Source of the DNA: Octopus sinensis
Lineage: Eukaryota
Reading direction: 5' to 3'
Assembly (NCBI RefSeq): GCF_006345805.1
Contig: NC_043000.1
Location: 137,082,001 to 137,146,000 of the forward strand
DNA length: 64,000 bases
Shown: in pieces, positions 1-14,567 of the stretch
How positions within the stretch are numbered: the first letter of the stretch is position 1
Layout: every line of letters begins with the position of its first letter
Position numbers and translations under genes: made by a program
Notes under the pieces: model-generated
The model's input: the letters and a program-made list of their open reading frames with translations, nothing else
Told to the model about the DNA's origin: nothing
Database searches by the model: none

Positions 1-393
1 TTCAATCCATCTTATCAGAATACAAACACCACATTTAAAATATTTTTCTTGTAAATAGCCAAGTATTTCCTCTAGTTCAGCTGTCTTTTCTCAATATTTA
101 GTTCTTTTATCAAATTATTTCTTGTTAAAATCCACACTTTAGGCACAGACACATTAATTAAAAATTAGTGTCTATATAACAACTTTGAGAGAATTTGCTT
201 CCTTGTGTGAATTGCACTGCCTGTCTTGCTATTTATCATTCTTTTTCACCTTTTTTTAATTGTTGGTGACCAAAAGCTTTTAATCTTTAAAACTTCATTT
301 TCTTTATTTCTGTAATATTTCTGAAGATTTTTCTGAATGTTTTAAGTAAAAAATTTTTTTCAGTATGTTTTAAATAAAAAATTTTATATCTAA

Positions 394-686
394 GTATGGC
401 CGATGCCAGCACCGCCTCGACTGGCTTCCATGCCGGTGGCACATAAAATACACCAATCCGACCGTGGCCGTTGCCAGCCTCTCCTGGCACCTGTGCAGGT
501 GGCACGTAAAAAGCACCCACTACACTCACGGAGTGGTTGGCGTTAGGAAGGGCATCCAGCTGTAGAAACATTGGCAGATAAGACTGGAGCCTGGTGCAGC
601 CTTCTGGCTTCCCAGATCCCCGGTCAAACCGTCCAACCCATGCTAGCATGGAGAATGGACGTTAAACGATGATGATGATGATGATG
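394..686 (+). mobile_element. Headless SINE/non-autonomous element with RTE-like body and (GAT)n tail
   Basis: GGCACGTAAAAAGCACCC..GGTTGGCGTTAGGAAGGGCATCCAGC body; ends CCATGCTAGCATGG..CGTTAAAC(GAT)n; same 3' end at 6357-6453. Confidence 0.75.
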
Positions 687-703
687 TACATACATACTAC
701 ACA

Positions 704-873
704 CATTTTTTTTCTCTCCTTGTTTTTTTCTGTGTATCTTTCTGCCGAATAGCGTAAGCTCAAAACGTAAAAGACTTTTTCTATTCCTGAGCCCTATACT
801 AATACATTTGTTTGTTTGTACTCCACTTGCCTTTGTCTTTTGTTTATTTTCGTAAACTTTCCCTTTACATATA
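704..873 (+). mobile_element. Penelope-like non-autonomous fragment with decayed HHR motif (family D)
   Basis: Homologous to 62166-62345 (minus); TCTTT-CTGCCGA-A-TAGC-GTAA-GCTC-AAAACGTA-AAAGA at 737-774. Confidence 0.6.
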
Positions 874-2339
874 GCAAGGTTAGTATGGGCAGAAAGTGTT
901 TCTATGTTAAAGATGTGTATATTATACTTCAAAGAAATTTTATCAATATTTGGTATTGTGTTTAAATCCTGTCTAGTTCAACTTTGCCTTTCAACCATGC
1001 AAGGTTGATACAATGCATAATCAAGTATCTTAATCAATATAATCAGCTATATTCTCCTCCAATTGAAATTACAAGGCATTGTTCAACCCACCTCTTTAGT
1101 TAAAGACAACTACTAGTGGTGCCTTGCATAGGAATTAAATCTTGGGCCACATTGTTATACTGCAAACTTTTTAACCATTTGACTGTGCCTGAAATATCCA
1201 ATTATTGAAGCCATCTTTCATTATTATCATGCTAGCTATAATTGAATAACAAAATATCCAAATATTATAGTTTAGAGAAACAGAAAATCAAAATCAAATG
1301 AAAATAAGGTAAACCTCATAAATGATTATATTTAAATCAATTCAATATATTAAACTGCTTTTCATGATCTTGATATTCTGGCATTTTATTTGAACTCGAG
1401 ACTGTTTACTGTTCAGTCCAATTGCTGTGACATCACCTTCTAGTGAGACAGTTTTTATTTAGAGCCTAGTTCAGTAGTGATCTGTCAGAAATATTGATAG
1501 AACTTTTGAATGGAGAGGCTGTTATGGTTTTAGCTATTGATCATGATTTTGTAGACAATGAATGTCATTGATATAAATAATGTAATATGATGTGCAGAGA
1601 AGGGAAAGTGTATTTTATCAGTGTTTTCACAGCAGAAACAATATAGCATAGAGAAGATAACATACCATCTTTACATTGATTACTAATTGTGTACATGGGT
1701 AGTGGTTTAGATCATAGAATGCTATTGATCAATATTTTGAAGTCCTACATTGAAATCAGAAGTTTAAACATTCCATATTGGAACAATTCTGATCAGAAAT
1801 GGAATATTTAAAACCATATTTACATTGTTTTTGATACCTTGTATATTTGTTATATAGCTGTTATTATATTTTCATTAACCTAGACTGTCTTTTATAATAA
1901 ATGAGCCAATATTCTAACCTTTATTACTGTAATTCCTGTAATTCATATTTTTATATTCTCATTCATATTTCAAATGAAGTTGTGGCATCATAACTTTCTG
2001 TCATAAATTTGACTTCATATTCCTTCTTTATATTTAGAACAATTATTTGACTTCATAAGAATAATATTTTGAGTAGACTAAATCAAATTATCCAAGGACA
2101 CTTTTCATTTTTATGTAATTTCATAATATGAAATTACATAAAGTTTGATAGGTAACCTAAAAGATAAGAGAAAGTGTGCAGACAAGTGGTGAAGGAAACA
2201 GAGAAGCTATAATTACTGACAGTAATTTGTTAACCGAATATACACTTGCTTATGATATATGACATTGCTGAGAAACAACTACATGTATTACAATGCAAGG
2301 TGTTCATTCACTAAAATTAGCTTTGTTTATAATTTCAAC

Positions 2340-2751
2340 TCAGTGGTAAGTAGCTTGCTAGCCAAACACATGGTTCCGGGTTCAGTTCCACTGTGTGGCA
2401 TCTTGGACAAGTGTCTTCTGCTATAGCCCCGGGCTGACCAATGCCTTGTGAGTAGATTTGGTAGACGGAAACTGAAAGAAGCCTGTCGTATATATGTATA
2501 TATATATATATGTGTGTGTGTGTGTATGTGTTTGTGTGTCTGTGTTTGTCCCCCTAGCATTGCTTGACAACCGATGCTGGTGTGTTTACGTCCCCGTCAC
2601 TTAGCGGTTCGGCAAAAGAGACCGATAGAATAAGTACTGGGCTTACAAAGAATAAGTCCCGGGGTCAATTTGCTCGACTAAAAGGCGGTGCTCCAGCATG
2701 GCCGCAGTCAAATGACTGAAACAAGTAAAAGAGTAAAAGAGTAAAGAGAGT
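2340..2751 (+). mobile_element. CORE-like tRNA-SINE (family A)
   Basis: B-box GGTTCAGTTCC, GGCATCTTGGACAAGTGTCTT core, internal TA/TG tract, (AAAGAGT)n tail. Confidence 0.9.
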
Positions 2752-3264
2752 GGTTAAATGTTTCGCCAGATCTTGCTGTTTGCACTGATAGCTAGTCCTC
2801 AACTGATGCACAACTATGATAAGCTTTAAATATTGAAATTGTAGAATTGACCATTAAGGAGAACTGATAGATGTTGGTTATTGTTGTAGTTATATCTATA
2901 TTGATGTCTTTGTTACTATGCATGTGTTTGCATGCACATACATACACAGACGTATATATATGTTGAATATTTATTGTGCCATTGGGCATTACAGCTGGAT
3001 ATCTTCCATATGTTATTGTTAATACTGAGCATGCTGATAATTCCTTCTTCTAACTTACAAACAGTGATATCATCAAACAAGATTGTTGAAGAAATCTTGC
3101 AGGAACTGTTGTGATAAGAGAAGGAAGAGAAAGCAGATTCACAGCTAGTTACTGTTTGAAATGTTGACATTCATATCCCATCAATTTCGTCTCTGGTGTT
3201 ATATTTATTGCCATGACAGAAACATGCTTTGGTCCTATCTATGTAGTGTCACATGGAATATATT

Positions 3265-3428
3265 CTTTTCTACTCTAGGCATAAGGCCCGAAATTTTGGA
3301 GTAGGTGGGGGACCAGTCAATTAGATCAATCCCAGTATGCAACTGGTACTTAGTTTATCGACCCGGGAAGGATGAAAGGCAAAGTCGACCTCAGCAGAAT
3401 TTGAACTCAGAATTTAAAGACAGTCGAA
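3265..3428 (-). mobile_element. Meta-domain-like SINE (family B), partial, old
   Basis: GGATGAAAGGCAAAGTCGACCTC..GAATTTGAACTCAG motif. Confidence 0.85.
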
Positions 3429-3678
3429 GTCACATGAAAGAGAAATATTGCATTGTTAAAAAATGATTTGTTAAATTGTAGTGTCGAACATGGAGTTCTT
3501 TTTTCCTAGAGAAGGCAAAATAGTAGTCTTGTATTATGATTCAGAGCAGATTATCCAAACAGTTGAGATGACTTAGATATTATATTTAAGATCCACCTGC
3601 TACTGCCCTTAAACAGGCAAAATGTTATAATGTGAGATCCTCATCTACTTGTATTTTATTGTCAGCACTGTACTATTC

Positions 3679-3910
3679 TTATTTCTTTATTGCCCACAAG
3701 GGGCTAAACATAGAGGGGACAAACAAGGACAGACAAAGGGATTAAGTCGATTACATCGACCCCAGTGCATAACTGGTACTTAATTTATCGACCCTGAAAG
3801 GATGAAAGGCAAAGTCGACCTCGGCAGAATTTGAACTCAGAACGTAAAGACAGACGAAATACTGCTAAGCATTTCGCCCGGTGTACTAACGTTTCTGCCA
3901 GCTCGCTGCC
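3679..3910 (-). mobile_element. Meta-domain-like SINE (family B), full monomer
   Basis: Head GGCAGCGAGCTGGCAGAAACGTTAG, B-box GAGTTCAAATTC, GTCGACTTTGCCTTTCATCCTTTC..GGTCGATAAATTAAGTACC domain. Confidence 0.9.
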
Positions 3911-4396
3911 TGTACTATTCTTGTTACCACAATTATGTTGTAGTGGTATTTTGCTTCTTATTATCTTTGACTTGTCTATCCATGCTATTGCTGATATCTC
4001 CACAAGACAATGACTTTGAAATGTCTACCTTGATGGTGACTTGAACTCGTATATATCATGTAACTGACACTGACTCAAACTGAACTCATACACTCTACTA
4101 CTACTGACCTTGCTACAACAATTGACTGTCTGACTTTATAGTGGCTGGCCCATTACTACTTTGTCATGTGGGAAGGGGAGTACCATTTCCACTACAACAT
4201 GAAAATATAATTGTCGCTGGAAGTGTTTGTATATGTGTATAGTTACTTCTGTGCACATCATCATCCTTGTCATAACGTCCACATTTCTCTGCTTGTATGG
4301 GTTGGACAGAATTTTGTTGAGGCAGATTATCTACAGCTGTATACTTTTCCCATTACTAGCCATTACTTGTTTCCAGTAAGGTAATATTTCCTCCTC

Positions 4397-4427
<31 letters not shown>

Positions 4428-5119
4428 TTCTTCAGTTTCTGTCTGCCAAATCATGTCACAAGGCTTTGTATAACCTGGTGCTATAGTGGAAGACACTTGT
4501 CCAAAGTGCCATATAGTAGTTTGAACCTATAACCATGTGGTTAGGAGCTAACTTCTTACTGCACAGCCATACATGTACCTATGTGTGTATATTTGTATAT
4601 CTTTAAAACTGAATATTACTATCCAAAATAGTCAGTCATGAATGAGATCTGGGGATTGTACAATATGAAAAATAATTTTATACTTTTTCTGATTTTTTTT
4701 TTTTAGGAAACCTTACTGGAATTGTAGAAATAAATGTCATTTACTCCTTTTCCAATAATAATGGAAAGCTTAATTAAATACTTCAAGGTTGTGAATGAAA
4801 TCTAGATTATATATACCTGCTTCTTTGTTATAGAACTTCTTAGTGATGATAAAAATGCTGATAATGATAATTATACTCATAATGTAAATTGGTAATTAAG
4901 ATCATCAAACTCCTTTGGACTATAATCTCATTAAAATAATGCAATACATTTATTACAGTGCACAGTGTAATTACAGTATAATGACAGGACAAAAAGAAGC
5001 TTTTATCTCACTAGTTAACCTACTTACAAAATTTAGAAACAAACCATATTATTGGAAATAGAATAAATATTTTCCAGCTCAATGTATGTAAAGATATTCT
5101 GTTGATAATTATTATAAAA

Positions 5120-5440
5120 CTAGCTGACCCTATGCCATCAAAAATGACGGCTAATTGTAGTATTTGATATATAAATAGGGTACAAAACCAAGCTTTTAGT
5201 TTAATAATTATTACCAAGTTTTTTGTGAAAAATCTATCCACAATTAACATCCCTTGACTTCTTTCCTTCAAAAGAGTCTTTAAGTTTTCCTTCCTTTGTG
5301 TCTGACTTAAGGCCACATAAAGCTGGCTGTGACTAAATATGGGAATTGGCAAGTAAATACCAATCTTTTTGAAGTGACCTTTTCTTTCAGTTGTGCTCTC
5401 CATTACTGAAACCAACCTAAACTCATACGACTTAAAGCCA
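5120..5440 (-). mobile_element. Helitron 3' end with PIF1-helicase C-terminal remnant
   Basis: KIGIYLPIPIFSHSQLYVALS..TKNLV; hairpin GCCGTCA-TTTT-TGATGGC (5134-5151) followed by terminal CTAG|T (5119-5123). Confidence 0.85.
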
Positions 5441-7157
5441 CAAAAAGCACTCTGTAACTTATAGTCGATGTTCTAAAAACTCCCTATTCAAAATTTATTA
5501 CATACATTTCTTAATATAAATAAATTAGGCACGTGTATGAACTGTTAAGTGTGTTTTTATAATAAACTTTTCAAATGCAGTCGTTTTATATTCTTGATAC
5601 ACTCAAGCAGTAATTATTTTCACTAATGAAGTTGTATATGTTTGTGTAGGTTTGTGTGATTGTAGTAGTTATTTTTAACATAACAGATAGAATATGGATG
5701 GTAAATCAAATTAATACTCTTGTCAATGTTATCGTTTGAGATGTGACATCAATCATCATTTGTTACTGAAAGAGCACTGGTTCACACGTCCATTCACATA
5801 CTTCTCTTGTACACACACACACACACACATACTTACACAGAGTTGAAATGCTGTTTGATTTTCCTTTTCAGCATTGAATGTTCACCATCCCACTTCCATT
5901 GCACATGCACATACTCACACAAAGTGGAAATGTTGTTTGATTTTTTTCATCCCTTCCTTTCTCATATGTTGTGACGAAAAACACCTGATTATTATTATAG
6001 TAGATAATTGTATTTAAGTGAAGTACTCTACTAATGAGTGCTAATTCATAAGTTTAAATTTTCTGTAGCTAGTTAAGCTGGAGGTGGGGACCACTTCAAG
6101 CTTATTTTTGCAAGAAAGATATCTTGCTGCGAAACTCTTGATCAAGCATTTTATATGCTAAAGTCTAAACTCAGTATTTGATTGTTCTTTGATTGTCTAT
6201 ATCTGCACCATTGGTTTACTTTATCAGAAGTACAAATAGTGAATACCCTATTCAATTGTGTCAACAATGTTAGTCTACAAAACAGTCATGGGCAACCTGC
6301 AAATTGTGAGACCTGTAAGGTACACCTTATAAAAAATTAACTTTAATGTTTTTTTGTAGCAGCCTTCGGGCTCCCCAGACCCCAGTTGAACCGTCCAACC
6401 CATGCTAGCATGGAAAACGGACGCTAAATGATGATGATGATGATGATGATGATCTGCCTGGTGATGAATTATGTCTCATATGGCCCACTTCTCAGAAAAG
6501 GCTGCCCATGCTTGCTGTAGAACCTTCTGTTAGCAACAAATGTACCTCATATCTTTTGAGAAATTAGTTGTTAGTAAAAAGAAGAACAGATAAACAACAT
6601 CTCTGTTGTACCTAATTTAAAATATAATGTTCATCAAAATAGATAAGTAAAACAATGAGGTCCTATAACACTAACTGCAGAAACGATTGACCTTTTACTT
6701 CCTCACGCTATTTTAGTACATACTGGAAACTTAAATTTGTAGAAAAATCATTCACATAATACTTAAGTTCCACTCAAAATGAATTATATAATAATTAGAC
6801 ATTGTTAGCCATGTAAATGTAATCAAATGTAATGATTAAGGACATTAAAAAAACCAAAGTAATGTTTTAGTATTTCTCATACTGTCAACAAACGTACATT
6901 ATTTATTTTGCAATTTACTTGCAAATACTTTGGCAAGTTATTGTTAGGTTTCTTATAATGAGTAACAACAATAAAAAAAGTGTCCCCAGAGTTTTCTCCC
7001 CACTTGCTCATAGAAAAATATCTTTCTTTTACCATACATGTCGTTTTACTATGTTTATATTTTGAATTTATTTTCTTCATGAAATATTCTTTCACTTGTA
7101 TATAATTATTTTGGTTTAAATGAGCTTCACCAATTAAGTCCTGTTCTCATTATTTAG

Positions 7158-7197
7158 GTTAGAACAGCTACTTCGTCACACAGACATTCTCTACTGA
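7158..7197 (+). CDS. Candidate terminal exon (R)LEQLLRHTDILY*
   Basis: CTGTTCTCATTATTTAG|G acceptor, short open frame; no homology recognised. Confidence 0.2.
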
Positions 7198-8760
7198 ATC
7201 CCTAAGATTCCATCCATTTATTTGATTTGAAAATCAACACCATTTATCTTAATAATATGCCAGTACACTTTTATATATTTCTAGTTTCTTCACTTCACCT
7301 TACAATGGTTCCTTTTCATCACTAGCTGCATTCTTTCTCCTTTTCAGTCACCCCTGGTACAGTGTCCCTGCATGTGCTTTTCTTAGAGAAATTTAAGCCG
7401 AATATTAGTCACACTTACCTTAATGGGGATGGCCCCATAATTTGATTAAAAAAAATTCCAATATTGAGCCCAAAGAAATATCATTACTCTTCACATTGTT
7501 TTTCTTTCTTTCAAATAGTTCTTGTAATATGTGTAACTACATAATTAAAATGCTTTTATAAATTCACTGTCACTTTATGTTAAATTCTGTCATCTTCAAG
7601 AATAAATCAGATTATATCAATTATTTCTCATTCTATTTGTTATGTGGTATGTGGCAATTTTACTGCTTTTATTTAAGCTTATTTCTAATTTAAAAGAAAC
7701 TCCTTTAATTTTAAAAGCAGTTGTAATCCTCACCTTTAACTTGGATTAAAATTAATTTAAGAGAGTATTCCACTGTTTATGTTTAGTTGCGTCTAAGGCA
7801 GTGGAATTCTGCTAGTAATCCTTTATGAGTTCATATTGAATGTGCATGAGTGAAACTAGTTTGTCACAAAATAAAACAATTTAGAAAATTAAAAATTCTC
7901 GTATCAATATTTTCAAAGTTGTTGTTATTATTATTATTATTATTAACATTATTATTGTTATTGGTTTTGTTGCTGTTTTCATTTGATTATTCATTTTTAA
8001 TATGTCAGATATTTCAAATAACATCTGAAAATCAAATGAATAAAAGCAAAATAACAGCAATGTCGATGGTGGTAGTAATGATGATGATGATGATGATGTT
8101 GATGATGAAAATGATGATGATGGAAGGAGGAAGAGGAGGAACAAAAATGAAAAATAAATATAGTGTTTCTTCATGGCTAATAGAAGTTTCTCCAGAATTA
8201 ATAGATGTATATGTAATTGAAGGTGAATAAAGTAACTGATATAATTGACTTACAATAGCAATCACTAAATGCCGCTAGAGCCATTAATTTGTTCAAAAGC
8301 AATTATTAAATATATTCAAAGCAACTAATCTGCAAATTACCTGTACATTTACTCATATATATTCAGTGTTCGGTAGGATGTAGATTTTTTGGCTTTCTAT
8401 TTCTATTTATTTATTCATTCATTAATTATGTGATAATAAGACTTAAAATATGATTGTAGCTAATCATATATGTTATTACATTTAACTCAGCTATCAGCTA
8501 TACCAGAAGATTATAGTTGTTTGTATTATGGATTGGTAGACTTGACATATAATATATTGTAACTGAATAATGATACTTTACTTAATAAAAGTTCAATGCT
8601 TCATGGCTCTGTGTTCAATTCCCAAGTTCCTTACATTAGATAACATCTATATCCATGATGGAAGTCTAAACATTTAGTTTCAAATTTTTTTTGGTGTTAC
8701 TCATAAATTTGATACATTGCTTTATGTTGTGGTTACTGTTTACTTGTTACTTTATTCAAT

Positions 8761-9175
8761 ACTCTTTACTCTTTACTCTTTTACTTGTTTCAGTCATTTG
8801 ACTGTGGCCATGCTGGAGCACCGCCTTTAGTCGAGCAAATCAACCCCGGGACTTATTCTTTGTAAGCCCAGTACTTATTCTATCGGTCTCTTTTGCCGAA
8901 CCGCTAGGTGACGGGGACGTAAACACACCAGCATCGGTTGTCAAGCAATGCTAGGGGGACAAACACAGACACACAAACACATACACACATATATATATAC
9001 ATATATATACATAAATACGACAAGCTTCTTTCAGTTTCTGTCTACCAAATCCACTCACAAGGCATTGGTCGGCCCGGGGCTATAGCAGAAGACACTTGCC
9101 CAAGATGCCACGCAGTGGGACTGAACCCGGAACCATGTGGTTGGTTAGCAAGCTACTTACCACACAGCCACTCCT
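8761..9175 (-). mobile_element. CORE-like tRNA-SINE (family A), full
   Basis: Complete head, core, microsatellite and tail. Confidence 0.92.
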
Positions 9176-11403
9176 CCAATGAATATGTTAATTTATAAAC
9201 AGTATTTGCAAGCTAAAATATAAAGGCTTTATGTCATCAGAAACAATAGTTGGCAAGTTTCACATTTTAAAGTAATACATAGTAATTTTATGAAGGTATG
9301 CATTAAATAATATAGCATCATGAAGTAATGCACTTATTAATATTGACTGCTATACTTCCAATTCAGAATACAATTGTAAGTTTATTCACTGATTCATGAA
9401 TTACGATGCAATACAGCTGTTCATATAACATCATTACTCAATTCCAGTATTCATGCTATACCGTTAGAAGCAAAATTATGTACTCATATAATAACATAAT
9501 TGTTGATTCTTGCATGAATCACAATGTTCCATAGAAACAGCTGCATATCAAGTTGACAAGCCAGTGAAGGAACCACTACTGAGTCATTCCATTTGTTAGA
9601 AATAGCAGCCCCTTAAATTACACCATACAATCTTAATAAAGGAAAAAAAGTAGATAAAAGTACAGTGCCTGGGCAAACTGATATGATCATGAATTAAAAG
9701 CTTTTACTCATATAGCTGCTTCATTATGACTGAATAATGTCTGAACAAGAATGTTGATGAGAGATGATAATTTTTTGTAGTTTAAATACCAATTTACCAA
9801 AATAATTTACCCCAGAAAATAGTGTTACCTGTGCCTCTAAGTGAAGGAAACTAACATTGTGAGGGCACTAGAACAATATAGTATAAGACATATTGCACAC
9901 AAACACAACCAAATACTAGGAGTAAATGTGAAATCACAACCCTTGAGACAGCACTAAAATCCTTTATTGTAACACCAAATATAAAGAAATAAATGAAAGA
10001 GAAAATTGGCTAACTTATATTCTTCACTTATTTTTCTCAAGAAAGTAACAGGTAACTTGTGGAAAGTGTAGACTAGTGTATAAGAGACAGCATTAGATAA
10101 TTCTTGCCCTTCTGCCACATTTATGCATCTTTCGACAATGTGTAAGAGACTACATCTAATAATTGTTTGTACCCAATACACTCTAACTTTGCCTTTCACC
10201 TATCACTCTCGTCTAGGCTACTTCTCACCTACTCTTGCCTTTGTCCACTTCTGTTATTGCCAGTCACCCCACTCCAGACTCCATTTGAAATAACTCTGCT
10301 TTACCCATCATGCTCTTTCTCCTTTCACCACCTATTCTGGTCTATGTACTGTCATTGCGTTCTCACCTATTTTCATCATCAGTCATCTAATCGAATCTAT
10401 ATGCCCGACCTTACTGAGTATTCTTTAATTCACACTTTTACCCTTCCACCGATTTCTAGCCTTTCTGATGTCATTGCTCCCTCTCTTTCCCCATTCCTCT
10501 CCTTGTTCTACATGTTTCGGGTTATTGAGTACTTCTTACATTTACAAGATATCCCCTCTTCTTTGCTGGTACAACAACAGAAAGCTCCCTCACACTATGC
10601 TCCTTCTAGAGTGATTGATGAGTGAGACAACCTTTGCAGTGCTGGTCCCATGTAAAAGAAATGCACTCTGTACACATTAAAGTGTTAGGCAGAGAAAGTG
10701 TAAAATTGTGTGGTTTGTTTAGTCCTGTCTTGCCTTGGACTGTTCAACCTGTGCTGTGTTGGTGCCAAAAGAAAATCCTGCTTGGTATATGATATTGTTC
10801 TTAGGTAAGTACTTTTGTAGTTGCCTCAACAAGAGGATAGAATTATTAGTTCTGTTTTATGGCACAAAGTTGAATTGCTTTGGATATAGACTAATTTTGT
10901 TCCTAATGAAATTCTTCTGTAACACTTTTCATAATCTGTTCCAACAAATTGATACCTCTCTAGTTACCTTTCTGAATTCATAGCATACCTTAGCTATTAC
11001 CATACAAATGGTATGGTAATATCTAGGGTATGCTATGAATCTGGTGAAACTTTGAAGCATTTCCCTGTATTGCTCTTGCATTGCATATATGTGCATGTGT
11101 ATGTGTGCACACACATACACTTACACACACACACACAAACAATAATTACAATATATTTCATTTTGAAATGGAGACCTTTGTTGTAGTTAAACAAAAGTTG
11201 TCAATGGAGAAGGCCACTGTAACAATATAAAAATAACACAAGTCTCATGAGATTTAAACTGTAAATTATTATACATTTCATCTCAAAGTAGGATAGGTAA
11301 TTAAAGTTGCAAGTGAAAATGCTCAGTTCTCTAAAGTTATTTCAGTTAGCTAAAAGTTAGAGCTATCAAGATAGAATTTCATTATTATTGTCTTTGTTTT
11401 CAG

Positions 11404-11535
11404 ATAATGGCATATCAGAAAGATTTATATCTGGAAAAGCATATGTGATGCAAAGCCATATCGCAGTGCATTGGTTAGTTATTGAAAATTTCCCACAGAG
11501 ACTTGTACTGACATGTGAAATATTAGATTTACCTG
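11404..11535 (+). CDS. Candidate internal exon (..ISERFISGKAYVMQSHIAVHWLVIENFPQRLVLTCEILDLP..)
   Basis: Strong acceptor TGTCTTTGTTTTCAG; possible donors TG|GTTAGT or CCTG|GTAAAG; one open phase. Confidence 0.3.
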
Positions 11536-13162
11536 GTAAAGTTTAGAAAGTAGATTTTAAATATGTTGAATCTGTAAACTGGCAGTTTTAGTATGTGATA
11601 AAAAGAATATTGAACTACCTTAGTTCATGATATTGTGGTTAAAATTTTATTGGGTCAGATAACATTTTATATATATAATATTAGATTTCTTCTGTATTAG
11701 CACTTTTACAAGTCCAAAGATGGTAATACATAGATAATGTAACAGCTCTTAACTGAAATTTTCCTTTCAGTGAATTAAAATTAAGGAAGTAGTCAAAGTA
11801 TCAAGAGGATTAGTTGGTAGGTTATTGATTTATAATTTCAAATTTTATCCCACTGTTGGAATTCTGTTTCAGTTCTATTTCATTGTAGCTAAAATAATGT
11901 TTTGTATTAAAGCATCTGATCACATTGGGGAAGCTTAGATATAGAGATTGAGCACCTGGAAAACTGTCTGGAGTACTGGTTATAATTTAAAACTTGCAAT
12001 AGCAAGGGTGTTGAGATCATAGGTGTGGATTTCTGGGTTGATTGTTTAACTGTAGGAATGACATTTAGCTGATTTTCACCAAGACTGTATATACACAATA
12101 TACAACTTCACTGAACAAACCAGCCTTCAAGATTATGGAAATGAGATTTTGAAATTAAATTAGTTATCTAGACTGTATCTGAAATTACATTAAATTTAAT
12201 TTTGCTTTTTTCATTTACTCTGTTGAAACTAGTTGAGAAATTAAACTTTCTGGCCATAAGTTCAGATTTAGCCTGTGTCCAAAATATGAGCTGATAAATT
12301 CTTTATTTTAAAACCTAACTGAAATTTTCATTTAAATATAGATATATGGTAAAAATCACATATTAAAGAAATATTTACACTCTTTTTAAGAATAATTTTT
12401 TATGTATTTTAATATTTTTCTTTGGTAATATATATTTATTTTTTCCTTTTTAACTGAATATTTTATTTCAGAATATTTAGCATGATTAAAGCTATGACAA
12501 ATTGATGATTATATTAGTTGTTGTCTAGGTATTTGATTTCAAGCATGAACTTAATAGCGTCTCCTCCAAAATTATCAGATGAAAGTTGAATCATTGAATT
12601 TATTCAATCAATGAATATGCATGAATTCCAATAACTTTAGTCAAAGAATGGTATGTCAATCACGAACCATTGAGCAGAAGTCAGTTGTTAATTATTTAAA
12701 TAAACTTTTCCATCCATATTAGCAGCATATAAAGTTTTAAAGTTTAAAATAAGTTGAGCAAATTAGGACCACTTTTTATTTTAAATATCTATTTAAACTT
12801 TATTCAAGAGCTTGTGCATTTTTACACAGAAGCATTATATCTCTCCATTACTTCATTCATTTGTCTGTATCATGAAACAATAAGCAGGTTAATGCATGTT
12901 AAGAAAGTATGGTGGGTAGTTGTCAGTGAGGAGCCAACAAGGGTGGTAACATCCATTTGAAAACAATTGGTTAAACATTATCCAGGAACCCGCATAAGGT
13001 AGATTAAGGTACTTGAGATCTACCTTATGCAACATACCTAACTTGAGTTTAGAACCAATGACAAATACTCAATTCAACAAGAAATAAGTTTAACTTTGGC
13101 AGTTAAACTGCCTATACTTCTGCTCTGGCTGCTGCTGTCTCTGATAATGATGAGGGTGATTT

Positions 13163-13598
13163 TACTATAGGTACAAGACCTAATATTTTTGGGGAAGGAG
13201 CCAGTCAAATACATTGACTCAGTACACAACTGGTATTTATTTCATTGATCCTGAAAGAATGAATAGCAATGTCAACCTCTGTAGAATCTGGACTCAGCTC
13301 ATATTCTACTAAGCATTTTGTCCAGCATGCTTATGATCTTGTCAGCCCACCACCTTAATAATGATAATAACAACAATAATAATAATGGTTTCAAATTTTT
13401 CCACAAGGGCAGCAATTTGTGGGGAGGAGACGAGTCGATTGCATTAACCCCAGTGTTCAACTGGTACTTATTTTATTGACTCTGAAAGGATGAAAGGCAA
13501 AGCTGACCTCAATGGAATTTGAACTCAAAATGTAAAAATAGACAAAATGCTGCTAAACATTTTGCCTGACATGCTAACGATTCTGCTAGCTCACCACC
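13163..13598 (-). mobile_element. Two old family-B SINE copies, CpG-decayed
   Basis: Diverged Meta-like domain; CpG>TpG/CpA changes relative to younger copies. Confidence 0.8.
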
Positions 13599-14384
13599 AA
13601 TAAAAATGATAATAATAATAATAATGATGATGATGATGATAATTTCTTATGATAAGGTGCTAAAGAAATGTTTTCAAATAAAAGTATGATAGTTGTTATA
13701 ATCAATTCATCTTTATTACTGGCATTGTTTTGTCACCTCTTATGACATGAATAGCAAAGTTCATCATTGCTGACTTGATGCTTTCCAGCATAACGTCCAT
13801 TATCTCACTGAATATAAGAGAATTGATAAAAGTAAGCTCATGTCTATGTTGGCGTGTTTAATTCCTCTGCAGTTTATAAATGGTGTTACTGAAATTGAAT
13901 TCTCTCTTTTTGCTGTATTAACTTCTTGTCTTTGCCTCTAAACTTATATCAACTATGTTATGTCAAGTTAAATATTGAAATTAAGACACTTTGCTAAATA
14001 GTAAACTTGTACAGTTTTAAATGACAGCAGATGTTTTATTTTGCTCATTTTAAAAATTTATTATTGTTATTTAATGATAGGTAGTTTAGTCCACGTTTGG
14101 TGAAGATTAATTGGATGTTCCTCCTCTGGTATTTGGCAGTCAGGGATTAAGAGCTTTGTAGTTTCCAGCTTAAAATCAATTGCCTAAAGTTAGACAACAC
14201 GATGCCTTCTTTATAGAACCTTAACAGATATCCTTCCCTGAATAAATTTAACTAGATACTTGTATACTGGTGCTTAAGACTTCTTATAAAGGTTTTTTTA
14301 AATGTGTCACACATTGGTAGAATTTGATGGCAAAAGAATATTTGAAACAAATATATGCTAAAGAACCTAGTTAAGCTTTTCTTT

Positions 14385-14533
14385 GTGGCTGTGTGGTAAG
14401 AAACTTGCTTCCCAACCACATGGTTCTGGGTTCAGTCCCACTGCATGGCATCTTGGGCAAGTGTCCTCTACTATAGCTTTGGGCCAACAAAAGTCTTGAG
14501 TAAATTTGGTTGATGGAAACTGAAAGAAGCCGT

Positions 14534-14567
<34 letters not shown>

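Larger units (their letters stand above)
2960..4200 (+). pseudogene. Possible highly decayed LINE APE-endonuclease remnant, interrupted by SINEs
   Basis: FIAMTETCF (~3205-3230, cf. ITETW) and LDGDLN (~4029-4046, cf. GDFN) in correct order; many stops. Confidence 0.3.
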
